Assembly: GCA_964400675.1 (NCBI GenBank)
Contig: CAYNVO010000008.1
Location: forward strand, 51,119 to 115,118
DNA: 64,000 nt
Direction: 5' to 3'
Source: an uncultured Dehalococcoidales bacterium
Lineage (GTDB): Bacteria; Chloroflexota; Dehalococcoidia; GIF9; UBA5629
A program made the translations under genes and the position numbers. Of the stretch, positions 1 to 9,017 are shown piece by piece. Positions within the stretch are counted from its first letter, which is position 1; every line of letters starts with the position of its first letter. The notes below the pieces were generated by a model. That model saw only the letters and a list, made by a program, of their open reading frames with translations, was not told where the DNA came from and searched no databases.

Positions 1-2
1 AT

Positions 3-1394
3 ATCTTCGAGAATGGGCATCAGCGGGTATTGGTTGAGAGAGTGAGGGAGATGGCCCAACGAATCACCCAGGAGGCGGGTGGAGATGCCTCCCGCTTAAG
101 ACTCGCTGAGACTCTTAAAGATATGGCTGATTCTTACCACCTTGCCCAGACACTTCCTGACGGCACTTTTATTCCCTGCTCTGCCTGGACCTGGGCTAGT
201 TACAGCTTTAATGGAGGCACGGGAGTACCCACTCCCCTTTCCCTGCATGTGGAGCGGGATTGGGTTTCACGAGAATTTCTCACCGAGTATTTCAAAGCAG
301 TGGGAGGCAATGAGGAAGCAATAGAGGAAAAGATTGTGGAGCTTATGGCGGAGGGCAGGGAATGGGAGGACCTGGCTAAGATTCTGCTTGGTGGAGTGGA
401 AGAAGCCGTTGAGATAGTGCCGGAACAGATTATCGCCCCGGAATACCCCCGAGCAGGAGCCTTAGTCCGTTTTGCCGGTAATCCTGTACTTGAGTCCATC
501 AAGGAGCACCCCTGGGAATCAAAATATGTATTGAATCCGGGTGCTATAAACCTGAGGAACAAGATTTATCTTATCTATCGGGCGTTTGGAGATGATGGTA
601 TCTCCCGTTTTGGGCTGGCGGCAAGCGACGACGGGTTTAAATTTACCGAAAGGCTGGACAAGCCGATATTTGAGCCAAAGGGCAAAAGCGAAGAGAAAGG
701 GTGTGAAGACCCCCGGTTGACCCTGATTGGCGACCGTATTTACATGGTTTATACTGCCTATGATGGCCTGGTGGCACAAATTGCCATGGCTTCTATCAGC
801 GTCAGTGATTTCTTGAATTATCGCTGGGGAGGCTGGCGAAGACACGGGCTGGTCTTCCCCGGGTTTACTGACAAAGACGGCACCCTATTTCCGGAATGTT
901 TTAACGAGAAATTTGCCATGCTTCACCGGGTGGACCCAAATATATGGATAACCTTTTCCCGCCATTTGCGCTGCCCCTGGCCCAGGGGAGAACACCAGAT
1001 ACTGACCGGGGCGCGTTCCGGAATGGCCTGGGACGGGGCAAAAATCGGCGGTGGTGCCCAGCCCATAAAGACTAAGTACGGTTGGTTGCTCCTCACCCAC
1101 GGTGTTGACCATGCTCATATCTACCGGCTGGGAGCCATGCTGGTTGATGTAGCCGACCCAACAATCCTGCTTTATCGCTCACCCAATCCCATACTCGAGC
1201 CTACGGAAGAGTTTGAAATAGGCGGAACGGACAAGCACTGGGTGCCCAACGTGGTTTTTACCTGTGGGGCAGTGCCGCGGGAAGATAATGAAGAGCTATT
1301 CTATTCAGGAAATGAACTACTGGTTTACTATGGTGCTGCCGATACCATGATTGGTGTCGCTACCGCTAGAATTTCCGACCTTATCCCCACTTAA
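3..1394 (+). CDS. Glycoside hydrolase family 130-like (5-bladed beta-propeller glycosidase/phosphorylase) with an extra N-terminal region; 5'-partial
   Basis: Motifs VLNPGA, LIYRA, GCEDPR, YTAY, DKDG, KIGGGAQP, WVPNVVFTCG, VYYGAAD typical of GH130. The frame is open back to the window start (IFENGHQRVLVERV). Confidence 0.8.
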   Translation: MFENGHQRVLVERVREMAQRITQEAGGDASRLRLAETLKDMADSYHLAQTLPDGTFIPCSAWTWASYSFNGGTGVPTPLSLHVERDWVSREFLTEYFKAVGGNEEAIEEKIVELMAEGREWEDLAKILLGGVEEAVEIVPEQIIAPEYPRAGALVRFAGNPVLESIKEHPWESKYVLNPGAINLRNKIYLIYRAFGDDGISRFGLAASDDGFKFTERLDKPIFEPKGKSEEKGCEDPRLTLIGDRIYMVYTAYDGLVAQIAMASISVSDFLNYRWGGWRRHGLVFPGFTDKDGTLFPECFNEKFAMLHRVDPNIWITFSRHLRCPWPRGEHQILTGARSGMAWDGAKIGGGAQPIKTKYGWLLLTHGVDHAHIYRLGAMLVDVADPTILLYRSPNPILEPTEEFEIGGTDKHWVPNVVFTCGAVPREDNEELFYSGNELLVYYGAADTMIGVATARISDLIPT

Positions 1395-1578
1395 GGCCAA
1401 TATTGCGGCAGTTGAACAAAAGTCAGAAATGTGTTCATGTTTCTGTAAGGTTAGCCCTAAAGATTTGAACGTGATATCCAGGGTAATATCATTACCAGCA
1501 ATTGAACGTGGATTAATGCAGGTTAGGGCGAATAATTGAGGAATTTGAAGCTAAAGTAAGGTAATGATATTACCTAAC

Positions 1579-1596
1579 TGGTGGGGCTTACTGGAC
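1579..1596 (-). mobile_element. Degenerate duplicate of the tRNA-Val 3' end (att-like site), distal boundary of a ~2.5 kb islet
   Basis: tggtggggcttactggac matches tggtgggcggtactggac (4076-4093) at 15/18 positions in the same orientation, with AT-rich genes between the two copies. Confidence 0.55.
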
Positions 1597-1828
1597 GGAA
1601 AGAAGAACTTTTGCCCTGGCTTTCCGCCTCATAATATAGCCCACTGTTTGCCAAAATTGTAGCAACAAAGGCTGTCAAGCGCAAGGCAGAAGAGCCCTAT
1701 TTTTAGCCTTAGATTGTGTCTTTCTGCCAGCAGCTTAGGCTTCCCCCTAACCAATACAGCTTATGTTATTTCATATGCCCATCTTTTAACTTCAGATGCC
1801 AACCTGCAGGCTAGGCTTTCGTGTGGCT

Positions 1829-2362
1829 CTATGGTTGAACCTGTGGGCGCTTCATATTTTTCTTAAACCAAATCCAAGAGACGAGAGCACCAACTCCGGC
1901 TGAAATAATGGGATTCACTATCTTTTCCCAAAGAGTACGTTGCACAAGCACGTCATATGCCATTATGAAAGCAAATGAAAGCGATAACAGTGTATACATT
2001 ACGATATATTTCCTTCGCCTACTTGACTGCCAAAAAACGTCAATCAACATCGTAAGTAGAAGAAATATCGTTGATGTCATGAATGAAGCGAAGGGTATTG
2101 TCGTAGATATAGCCCATTCCTTCTGAGTAGATGTCACTGATATAAATATGAGCCATATTATGATCGCGATACTGCTTGCAAATAGCATTATTCCTTTTCT
2201 TACTTTCGGGTTGGCTATGAAATTGACTGTTGTTTTGTGAAGTCTCTTTAGCAATTTCCAGACCAAGAAGAACATGATAGAGATTACCACTAAAGCCGAG
2301 GGGAGGTAAGCCAGAGTCATTGTGATATTCTTTATCACTTCTGTTATTTTCACTAAATCCAT
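1829..2362 (-). CDS. Hypothetical multi-pass membrane protein
   Basis: 177 aa ORF with about 5 long hydrophobic segments, AT-rich, RBS-like gaggc upstream; no family recognised. Confidence 0.65.
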   Translation of the reverse strand: MDLVKITEVIKNITMTLAYLPSALVVISIMFFLVWKLLKRLHKTTVNFIANPKVRKGIMLFASSIAIIIWLIFISVTSTQKEWAISTTIPFASFMTSTIFLLLTMLIDVFWQSSRRRKYIVMYTLLSLSFAFIMAYDVLVQRTLWEKIVNPIISAGVGALVSWIWFKKNMKRPQVQP

Positions 2363-2519
2363 ATTGCCTCATTATCTCATATACTCGAAAACATTACATG
2401 TTCTTTCATATCACTTAAATACTAGAGGGCCAGTTTGTTCAGATCATGTAAATAAACAGACCTATTTAACATAAACTGGACAAATGTGTACATGGAACCT
2501 AACCCGAAAAATCTTGGTT

Positions 2520-3395
2520 TTATAGATGAAGCAGATTTGCTAGGTTGATACGCTCTGGAATAATTACTACATGGGTTGTCTCTATATAGCTCTTGTCAAT
2601 ACAGCATTTCTTAAACTTTTTGCCACTTCCACAAGGACAAGGCTCATTCCTATCAACTGCAGGAATCTCATCATTGGGTTTCCTAATTTTCTTAAATTCT
2701 ACATGATTGAAATTTAATGGCTCCAGAACTTTATCTCTCATACCTTGAGCCAAATAAGCAACACCATTGAATTGCTCAGAAGTATCCGAAATTTGAACTG
2801 TGCATCTTTTGTCTGCTGGATTCAGAACAAAGGATACTTCTTCAAGTTGTTTAATTCGTTTTACGATACCATAAGCTTGGCGTCCCCTATAGAGTCCACC
2901 TGCAATGTGTTCGCATTCAAAACTATCAATTGACTTTCCGCATAGACTACATTCTGCTTCCTCTTTAACCATGCCGGTGCTCAAGAAAACCCGATACGGA
3001 TAAAGCTTCTCCAACTCGCCACATTGTCTTTCAATATGACTTAATATTGGGGGTCTTGGTTCATTTGTAAAACGGTAAATTGTGCGTAATCGGTCTTGAA
3101 CATCCTGTAAAGCTGACCAAGATTCAGAGAATTTGTTAGACACCAATAATTTCCAATATGACACGTAATCCTCGAAAAGGTTTACGAATTGTTTGAGTAT
3201 GAAACCATCATTGAATACGTCATCGGGGTCATTATCAGGGAATTCATCTATTTTCTTTGCTACTATTTCGGTTACAAGCTCTAATTCTTTGCTAGCTTCA
3301 TTCACATCAAGTTTCTGAATTAATTGTAGGGCATGTGATACCTTTACCCATACGGATTCAGCCACCACTCTACAGACATCTGTGCCAAACATCAC
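2520..3395 (-). CDS. SEC-C motif protein with a central Zn-finger/prohead-protease-like segment
   Basis: DRNEPCPCGSGKKFKKCC (SEC-C) at aa 248-265; LSTG...CSLCG...CEH..G.LYRG...LEEVSFVLNPAD at aa 138-195. Confidence 0.75.
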   Translation of the reverse strand: MMFGTDVCRVVAESVWVKVSHALQLIQKLDVNEASKELELVTEIVAKKIDEFPDNDPDDVFNDGFILKQFVNLFEDYVSYWKLLVSNKFSESWSALQDVQDRLRTIYRFTNEPRPPILSHIERQCGELEKLYPYRVFLSTGMVKEEAECSLCGKSIDSFECEHIAGGLYRGRQAYGIVKRIKQLEEVSFVLNPADKRCTVQISDTSEQFNGVAYLAQGMRDKVLEPLNFNHVEFKKIRKPNDEIPAVDRNEPCPCGSGKKFKKCCIDKSYIETTHVVIIPERINLANLLHL

Positions 3396-3398
3396 GAA

Positions 3399-3893
3399 TT
3401 AGCCTAAGAACGTGTTTATATTAAATTTCTTAGCAGCTTTTTCAAAACCTTCAACACTACCTTCATACGAGAATTTCTTTATGATTTCCTCAGCAGTCTC
3501 TCTATAATAAACTTGAACATGAATGTTTGCCTTATCATGTTTCAGCGCACCTTTGATACGATCGTAGATGTAGCTGGATACCAAACCAAGGAATACTTGC
3601 ACAGAAACATCACTAGCTAGAACAACTATAGGAATCCAGAAATCCTGCGAGTGCAAGCTTTTAATGCCTTCCGACTCTGCTACATCAATGGTAATATCTC
3701 CCTTGTTCTTTTTTAACCATTTTGCGAAATCATAAGTCTGAGGCATTAACACGTTATGTTGGGATTGTCTAGTAACATTCTCAGGCACACACAAGATGCC
3801 TTTAGTATTATTTTTCATGAGCGACGTTAATTCAGGATTATCATTTATTACTTCAATTCTGTATATATCATTGGGTTCAAGAACATTTTCCAT
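3399..3893 (-). CDS. Hypothetical protein with a central hydrophobic helix, apparently co-translated with the SEC-C gene
   Basis: 164 aa ORF, GGAG RBS upstream, stop lies 3 nt before the next start. Confidence 0.7.
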   Translation of the reverse strand: MENVLEPNDIYRIEVINDNPELTSLMKNNTKGILCVPENVTRQSQHNVLMPQTYDFAKWLKKNKGDITIDVAESEGIKSLHSQDFWIPIVVLASDVSVQVFLGLVSSYIYDRIKGALKHDKANIHVQVYYRETAEEIIKKFSYEGSVEGFEKAAKKFNINTFLG

Positions 3894-4075
3894 GGTCTCT
3901 CCACAACAAGCTTTTTATATATTATACTACTCACATAGTCATCTTTGGTATAGTAAAGGCCCGCCAAAAGTAGAACATACAAGGACTGTGTTAGTGCTGA
4001 GGGAGAGAGATTTAGAACATGGTCTGGTAAAGTTTGTACAAAAATTAGCTACGATTTGTAAACTTTTGCAAACAG

Positions 4076-4151
4076 TGGTGGGCGGTACTGGACTTGAACC
4101 GGTGACCTCTGCGATGTCAACGCAGCGCTCTAACCACTGAGCTAACCGCCC
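4076..4151 (-). tRNA. tRNA-Val (anticodon GAC), CCA encoded
   Basis: Reverse complement folds as a cloverleaf: GGGCGGT/ACCGCCC acceptor, GCTC/GAGC D-stem, CTGCG-TTGACAT-CGCAG anticodon arm, TTCAAGT T-loop, ACCA end. Confidence 0.97.
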
Positions 4152-4162
4152 ACTAATCTGGC

Positions 4163-4191
4163 ATTTTATCAATGCTTCTATATGCAGTCAA
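4163..4191 (-). promoter_or_regulatory. Sigma70-type promoter of tRNA-Val
   Basis: TTGACT-17 nt-TAAAAT on the minus strand, 11 nt upstream of the tRNA. Confidence 0.7.
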
Positions 4192-4286
4192 GCTCACCCA
4201 TCTTGAATAAAGCGCTGGTCTCATCTATACTTTCACAAAACAGAAGGATAATAATCTGAAAGTTTTTGCTACTGGAGGGAAATATA

Positions 4287-5624
4287 ATGGGTAAAAAGGA
4301 AGGCGATGCCAGGGAATACGTCCTTAAAAGGACAAGAGAGCAAAATATTAAGTTCATACGGCTATGGTTCACCGACATTTTAGGCTTTCTGAAAAGCTTT
4401 TCCATCACTGCCGAACAACTCGAGGAGGCACTAAAAGATGGCATGGGCTTCGATGGTTCCTCCATACAGGGCTTTGCCCGCATCGATGAAAGCGATATGA
4501 TTGCCCTACCTGACCCCAACACTTACCAATTGATACCCTGGGGACTCAAAGAGCAAGGTGTAGCTAGAATGTTCTGCGATATATGCTGGCCCGGCGGGCA
4601 ACCTTTTGAAGGCGACCCACGGTATATATTAAAGAAAAACCTGAAGCGTGCTGCTGACCTGGGCTATACCTTTTACGTTGGTCCAGAGTTGGAATATTTT
4701 TACTTCAAGAACTCCGAAAATACAGAATTTCTAGACCTGGGCGGCTACTTTGACCTGACACCACCGGAGGTCGCCACAGACATAAGAAGAGAAACAATTA
4801 TCTTCCTCGAAGAAATGGGCATCGAGGTCGAGTACAGCCACCACGAAGTCGCCCCCAGTCAGCATGAAATAGACCTCCGTTACACCGATGCTTTGACTAT
4901 GGCAGACAGTGTAATGACCTATCGCTTAGTGGTAAAGCAGGTAGCCCAACAACAAGGGGTTTATGCCACATTCATGCCCAAACCAGTACTCAATGTTAAC
5001 GGTAGCGGCATGCATGTTCACATGTCGCTGTTCAAAGGCAGCAGGAATGCCTTCTTCGATAAAGATGCCCTCTACAATCTGTCAGAAACAGGCAGAAGTT
5101 TCGCCGCTGGATTGCTTAAACACGCCCCCGAAATCACTTCAATCTGCAATCAGTGGATAAACTCCTACAAGCGCATCGTCCCCGGCTATGAAGCCCCCTG
5201 TTACATCACCTGGGCTAAAAGAAACAGGGCTGACTTAATCAGGATTCCTCAATATAAACCGGGAAAGGAAACTGCTACCAGGATAGAGTTCAGGTCACCA
5301 GACCCGGCATGCAATCCATATCTCGCCTTCAGTGCCATGCTGGCCGCAGGACTCGAAGGAATTGAAAAGGGATACAAATTGCCACCGCCTGTAGAGGAGA
5401 ACGTCTTTGAAATGAGCCCGGAAGAACGTGAAAAGAGGAAAATAAAAACATTGCCCGGCAGCTTATACGAAGCTATACAGCTCACCGAAAAGAGTCAGTT
5501 GGTCAGAGAAGCTCTGGGTGACCATGCCTTAGATAGCTTTATCCAGAATAAGAAGGTAGAGTGGGATAGATACCGGACATACGTGACTGATTACGAACTA
5601 AAGAACTATCTGCCAATCCTGTAG
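4287..5624 (+). CDS. glnA: Glutamine synthetase type I
   Basis: FDGSSIQGF, EYSHHEVAPSQHEI, FMPKP..NGSGMHVH, NSYKRIVPGYEAP, RIEFRSPDPACNPYL. ATG at 4287 follows GGAGG, so it is preferred over the ORF-track start. Confidence 0.96.
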   Translation: MGKKEGDAREYVLKRTREQNIKFIRLWFTDILGFLKSFSITAEQLEEALKDGMGFDGSSIQGFARIDESDMIALPDPNTYQLIPWGLKEQGVARMFCDICWPGGQPFEGDPRYILKKNLKRAADLGYTFYVGPELEYFYFKNSENTEFLDLGGYFDLTPPEVATDIRRETIIFLEEMGIEVEYSHHEVAPSQHEIDLRYTDALTMADSVMTYRLVVKQVAQQQGVYATFMPKPVLNVNGSGMHVHMSLFKGSRNAFFDKDALYNLSETGRSFAAGLLKHAPEITSICNQWINSYKRIVPGYEAPCYITWAKRNRADLIRIPQYKPGKETATRIEFRSPDPACNPYLAFSAMLAAGLEGIEKGYKLPPPVEENVFEMSPEEREKRKIKTLPGSLYEAIQLTEKSQLVREALGDHALDSFIQNKKVEWDRYRTYVTDYELKNYLPIL

Positions 5625-5740
5625 ATAACTTCAGGAGAAAATCAGGGCAACACAATAAACTTTACTTTGAGGCGCCTGTCGAAAACTTCACATGCTCTGG
5701 TAGCACAGTCCACACTGACAAGCCTGAATCAGAGAACTCC

Positions 5741-5965
5741 TTAACTCTTGCCGCTGGTCTTTATATTACTTGTCAGCATGATCTGAATAACACTATTGCA
5801 CTTGGGACAGGTAACCTCAATGGTGACAGGTTGCCTCATTACCCGCTCCACCAAAGCCGTAACCACGGAGTCCATGTTATCCAGCCGCTTGTCTAACATC
5901 TCCAGGCGTTTTTTTGTGTGCTCCAGATCCATAGTCGTGCTTCTCTTCTCAGCTTTTTCAGGCAT
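5741..5965 (-). CDS. Small hypothetical protein (coiled coil followed by CxxC)
   Basis: GGAGG upstream of ATG at 5965; heptad-like helix followed by TCPKC. Confidence 0.65.
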   Translation of the reverse strand: MPEKAEKRSTTMDLEHTKKRLEMLDKRLDNMDSVVTALVERVMRQPVTIEVTCPKCNSVIQIMLTSNIKTSGKS

Positions 5966-5980
5966 CCTATCCTCCACTAT

Positions 5981-6020
5981 AAAAATAAAAGAGGAGAGGC
6001 ATTTGGAAATCCCCCTCCTC
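5981..6020 (-). terminator. Intrinsic terminator after the 6050-6373 gene
   Basis: gaggag/ctcctc stem followed on the minus strand by TTTTATTTTT. Confidence 0.55.
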
Positions 6021-6049
6021 AGTATTAACCCGAATTACCGTCATGCCTT

Positions 6050-6373
6050 TCACAAACTCTTTTCAGCTACTCCCATAGCGGACAGATAATCTTTATCAGT
6101 TTTTATCAGGTTGTCCACCTTGCCACTAACCGTCCCCTCCAGATACTTCCGGAAAGCCTCACGAGCCCCCGGAGAATTCTGGAGTGCCTCCTTAGCTCGT
6201 TGCCACTCCTCAGTAGTCAATTCGCCTATCCTGTCTGGACTCAATGGGAATTCTTCCCCCATAACACGCTCTGCTTTATCAAGCACTCTGCTTGTAACTG
6301 CTCGCTTCAGTCGGTCAAAGGAGAGGAATTCTTCGTTTGCGTAAGGCCTGGGTAACCACGTCTCATCTTTCAT
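6050..6373 (-). CDS. Hypothetical protein (107 aa, helical)
   Basis: GGAGG RBS, host-like composition, protein-like charge distribution. Confidence 0.7.
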   Translation of the reverse strand: MKDETWLPRPYANEEFLSFDRLKRAVTSRVLDKAERVMGEEFPLSPDRIGELTTEEWQRAKEALQNSPGAREAFRKYLEGTVSGKVDNLIKTDKDYLSAMGVAEKSL

Positions 6374-6466
6374 ATCACAACCTCCACGTCATTATTATAA
6401 CCCATTTTCATCGCCTATAATATGCCCCGTCAACTGCCGTGTCAAGTCCCTGCAGTCCGCAAACCA

Positions 6467-7261
6467 CTACTTAATATCATAAACCATCTGGACGGTGACT
6501 GTAATCTCCATCTCGCCGGCGCTAATAGGAGTCGGTGCTGAAGCTGCACTCTCAGCCTTCAAAAAAAGGTCTCTAACCACTGTCTGCGGCACATACGGAG
6601 TGCTTTCAGAGATATACAGCAGCTTGCCCAGCTTAATATCAGCCGCCTGTGCCATCTGCTTAGCCTTATCTACAGCATCTCCCACTGCCTCAGTCCGTGC
6701 CTCTTTATAGTAAGGTGTCGGGTCATCAATAGTAAAACCTATGCTATCAATCCTGGTCAAGTTACCACCAGCTTGCGCCACCGCATCAATAACAGGTCCA
6801 GCCTTATCTATTTCTCTTATTTTGGCAACCACTATATTTGTCACCCTGTAGCCGGTAATCTCTTCCCTGTTTTCCTTCTCTATCCATCTGCGCACCGGAT
6901 ATATGCTAAAGCTCTGCGTCTGAATATCCTTTTCAGCCACACCGTTAGCCTTAAGTGCCTTCATGACTCCATTCATAGCCTCAACTGCATCCTCTTGCGC
7001 CTGCGCCACAGTCTTCGCCTCAGCTTCTATGCCCAGACTGAGCAAAACAACATCGGGGGTTACCGTTGCCTTGCCTTCACCAGTTACCCACAAGCCGACC
7101 TGCTGCTGGCTATAAAATATGCCACCCAGGTCCGGTGCTGCCACATAGGCGGAAATAGCCGGAGGCGATACTTGGGCACTTTCACCAACCACACAACCAC
7201 CAGCCCCAATCAAAATCACAGCCAAAATCACACTGGATAGAACTAACCAAAATTTCTTCAT
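6467..7261 (-). CDS. SIMPL/DUF541 domain protein with signal peptide
   Basis: VTGEGKATVTPD, IQTQSFSIYP, GYRVTNIV, AVQKAKQMA-like segment, PISAGEMEITVTVQMVY; N-terminal signal sequence. Confidence 0.9.
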   Translation of the reverse strand: MKKFWLVLSSVILAVILIGAGGCVVGESAQVSPPAISAYVAAPDLGGIFYSQQQVGLWVTGEGKATVTPDVVLLSLGIEAEAKTVAQAQEDAVEAMNGVMKALKANGVAEKDIQTQSFSIYPVRRWIEKENREEITGYRVTNIVVAKIREIDKAGPVIDAVAQAGGNLTRIDSIGFTIDDPTPYYKEARTEAVGDAVDKAKQMAQAADIKLGKLLYISESTPYVPQTVVRDLFLKAESAASAPTPISAGEMEITVTVQMVYDIK

Positions 7262-7455
7262 TTTAAGCCTCCTCGAATTTATTGCCTGGTTTTACTGACA
7301 TATTAAACTATCAACATCGCCTCTTTCATTATAATAGCATGCAGGTACTGATTGCCACCATATATAACGGTAAACCAGACCACCGAGTTTAGTTTAAAGA
7401 TGGCACAAAAAGCTGGCATGGATTATAATAACACAAGCTTAATTGTAACAAAACG

Positions 7456-8037
7456 ATGAGATTTTTCCGCGACTTCATCATACCTGTACTTTTCGGACTG
7501 GCTGTTTTCGCCCTTTTTCAAGTTACGGTTGGGAGCTTCAAAGTATACGGCTCGTCCATGTTGCCTACCATAGAAGAAGGCGATTATATAATGGTCAGCA
7601 AAGCTACTTATTTCTTTCATGAGCCACAACGCGGCGACATAATCGTGCTTCGTTCCCCACAAAACCCTGATTCAGACCTTATCAAGCGAATTATTGCCCT
7701 GCCCGGCGACACCATCGAAATTAAGGACGATACAGTATTTATAAACGATACCCCTTTAGTTGAACCTTACACTCTGGAGCCACCCCACTACTTTATGCTG
7801 CCCGAGGAAATTCCCACCGGTCACTATTTTGTTCTAGGTGACAATCGCAACAATAGCTCCGATTCACACAGGGGTTGGACGGTACCTCGAAAAAATATCG
7901 TCGGCAAGGCATGGATAACCTACTGGCCACCATATAGATGGGGGCCAATAGAACACTATAAGCCCAATATAGGCACGCGAACAGCCGAAGTCAGTGAACT
8001 CAGCCTGGCAATCAAAACACTATGTCCGATGAGATAA
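7456..8037 (+). CDS. lepB: Signal peptidase I
   Basis: GSSMLPT (catalytic Ser), LIKRIIALPGD (catalytic Lys), GDNRNNSSDSH. Confidence 0.95.
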   Translation: MRFFRDFIIPVLFGLAVFALFQVTVGSFKVYGSSMLPTIEEGDYIMVSKATYFFHEPQRGDIIVLRSPQNPDSDLIKRIIALPGDTIEIKDDTVFINDTPLVEPYTLEPPHYFMLPEEIPTGHYFVLGDNRNNSSDSHRGWTVPRKNIVGKAWITYWPPYRWGPIEHYKPNIGTRTAEVSELSLAIKTLCPMR

Positions 8038-8588
8038 TACAAATCTTCAAAGATGCCGGAGCCATACTGGAAGGGCATTTTCTGCTGACCTCAGGGTTAC
8101 ATTCACCTGTTTACTGGGAGAAGTTCCGCGTTCTACAACACCCCCACCACACCCAGAAGCTATGTCAGTTCATCGCCGAGCACTTCAAGAAAGGCAATGT
8201 CCAGGTGGTCGCCGGTCCGACCACGGGCGGCATTATCCTTGCCTTCGAAGTCGCCAGACAGATGGGCGTAAAGGGAATGTTCGCCGAGAAAGAAGGAGAG
8301 ACAAGAGTTTTTAGACGTGGTTTCACCATCCATCCCGGTGAACGCGTCCTGATTGTGGACGATATCCTGACTACCGGCAGCTCTATTATGGAAGTAATGG
8401 AGGCAGTCAAAAAACTAAAAGGTGCCATCGTTGGCATCGGCGTGCTGGTTGACCGTTCCGAGCAGAAGAAAGATTTCGGCGTGCCTCTTTTTAGCTGCCT
8501 GCGCTCTGCCACCGTGGTCTACTCCCCTGACAAATGCCCTCTCTGCGCCGCCGGCATACCTCTGGTCAGACCTGGCGGACAGACATAA
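8022..8588 (+). CDS. pyrE: Orotate phosphoribosyltransferase
   Basis: GHFLLTSGLHSPVY and the PRPP motif VLIVDDILTTGSS. Confidence 0.93.
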   Translation: MSDEIIQIFKDAGAILEGHFLLTSGLHSPVYWEKFRVLQHPHHTQKLCQFIAEHFKKGNVQVVAGPTTGGIILAFEVARQMGVKGMFAEKEGETRVFRRGFTIHPGERVLIVDDILTTGSSIMEVMEAVKKLKGAIVGIGVLVDRSEQKKDFGVPLFSCLRSATVVYSPDKCPLCAAGIPLVRPGGQT

Positions 8589-8605
8589 ACTCACATCTTT
8601 TTCCC

Positions 8606-8635
8606 TTGACACCTACAGACGAAAAAATTTACAAT
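8606..8635 (+). promoter_or_regulatory. Sigma70-type promoter of tRNA-Phe
   Basis: TTGACA-18 nt-TACAAT, 8 nt upstream of the tRNA. Confidence 0.65.
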
Positions 8636-8643
8636 GTCGCCGC

Positions 8644-8717
<74 letters not shown>

Positions 8718-8881
8718 TTTTACTACAAGCTACCAATCTGCCCGATACTTTAAGGAAAATCTGGTTAGCTGAACAAAGGTCGCCTTTCTTAAAAAGAGGC
8801 GATACGCAGACTGTCGCTAGTCCAGATCCCACCTCCATCTCCAAACTACCGGTCTGATAGCGCAATATGACCTTTTACTCA

Positions 8882-8910
8882 TTGACAAAACAGACGGAAT
8901 TCTCTATCAT
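8882..8910 (+). promoter_or_regulatory. Sigma70-type promoter of the pantothenate operon
   Basis: TTGACA-17 nt-TATCAT. Confidence 0.75.
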
Positions 8911-8937
8911 TACAATCGCCATTGACCATAAGGCAGT

Positions 8938-8996
8938 GAGCCTTTATTGAAAGTAAATAAAAAGGGACCGCTTGGATCAGCGATGACCGAGACGGG
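8938..8996 (+). ncRNA. pan RNA motif-like cis-regulatory leader (two hairpins with bulged adenosines)
   Basis: Hairpin 1 is cctttatt..aataaa(aa)gg. Hairpin 2 is ccg-cttgg(A)tca-GCGA-tga-ccgag(A)cgg. It lies between the promoter and a terminator upstream of the pan genes. Confidence 0.6.
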
Positions 8997-9017
8997 ATAT
9001 AGTGGCAATGCTAACTG

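Noticed and set aside
1700-1828. Integron attC-like site after the islet membrane gene
   Set aside because: GTTRRRY-like words are present, but there is no properly spaced RYYYAAC/L-box palindrome and no integrase.
3939-4172. ORF MIKCQISGRLAQWLERCVDIAEVTGSSPVPP and antisense ORF 3796-4140
   Set aside because: Both are translation shadows of the tRNA-Val gene.
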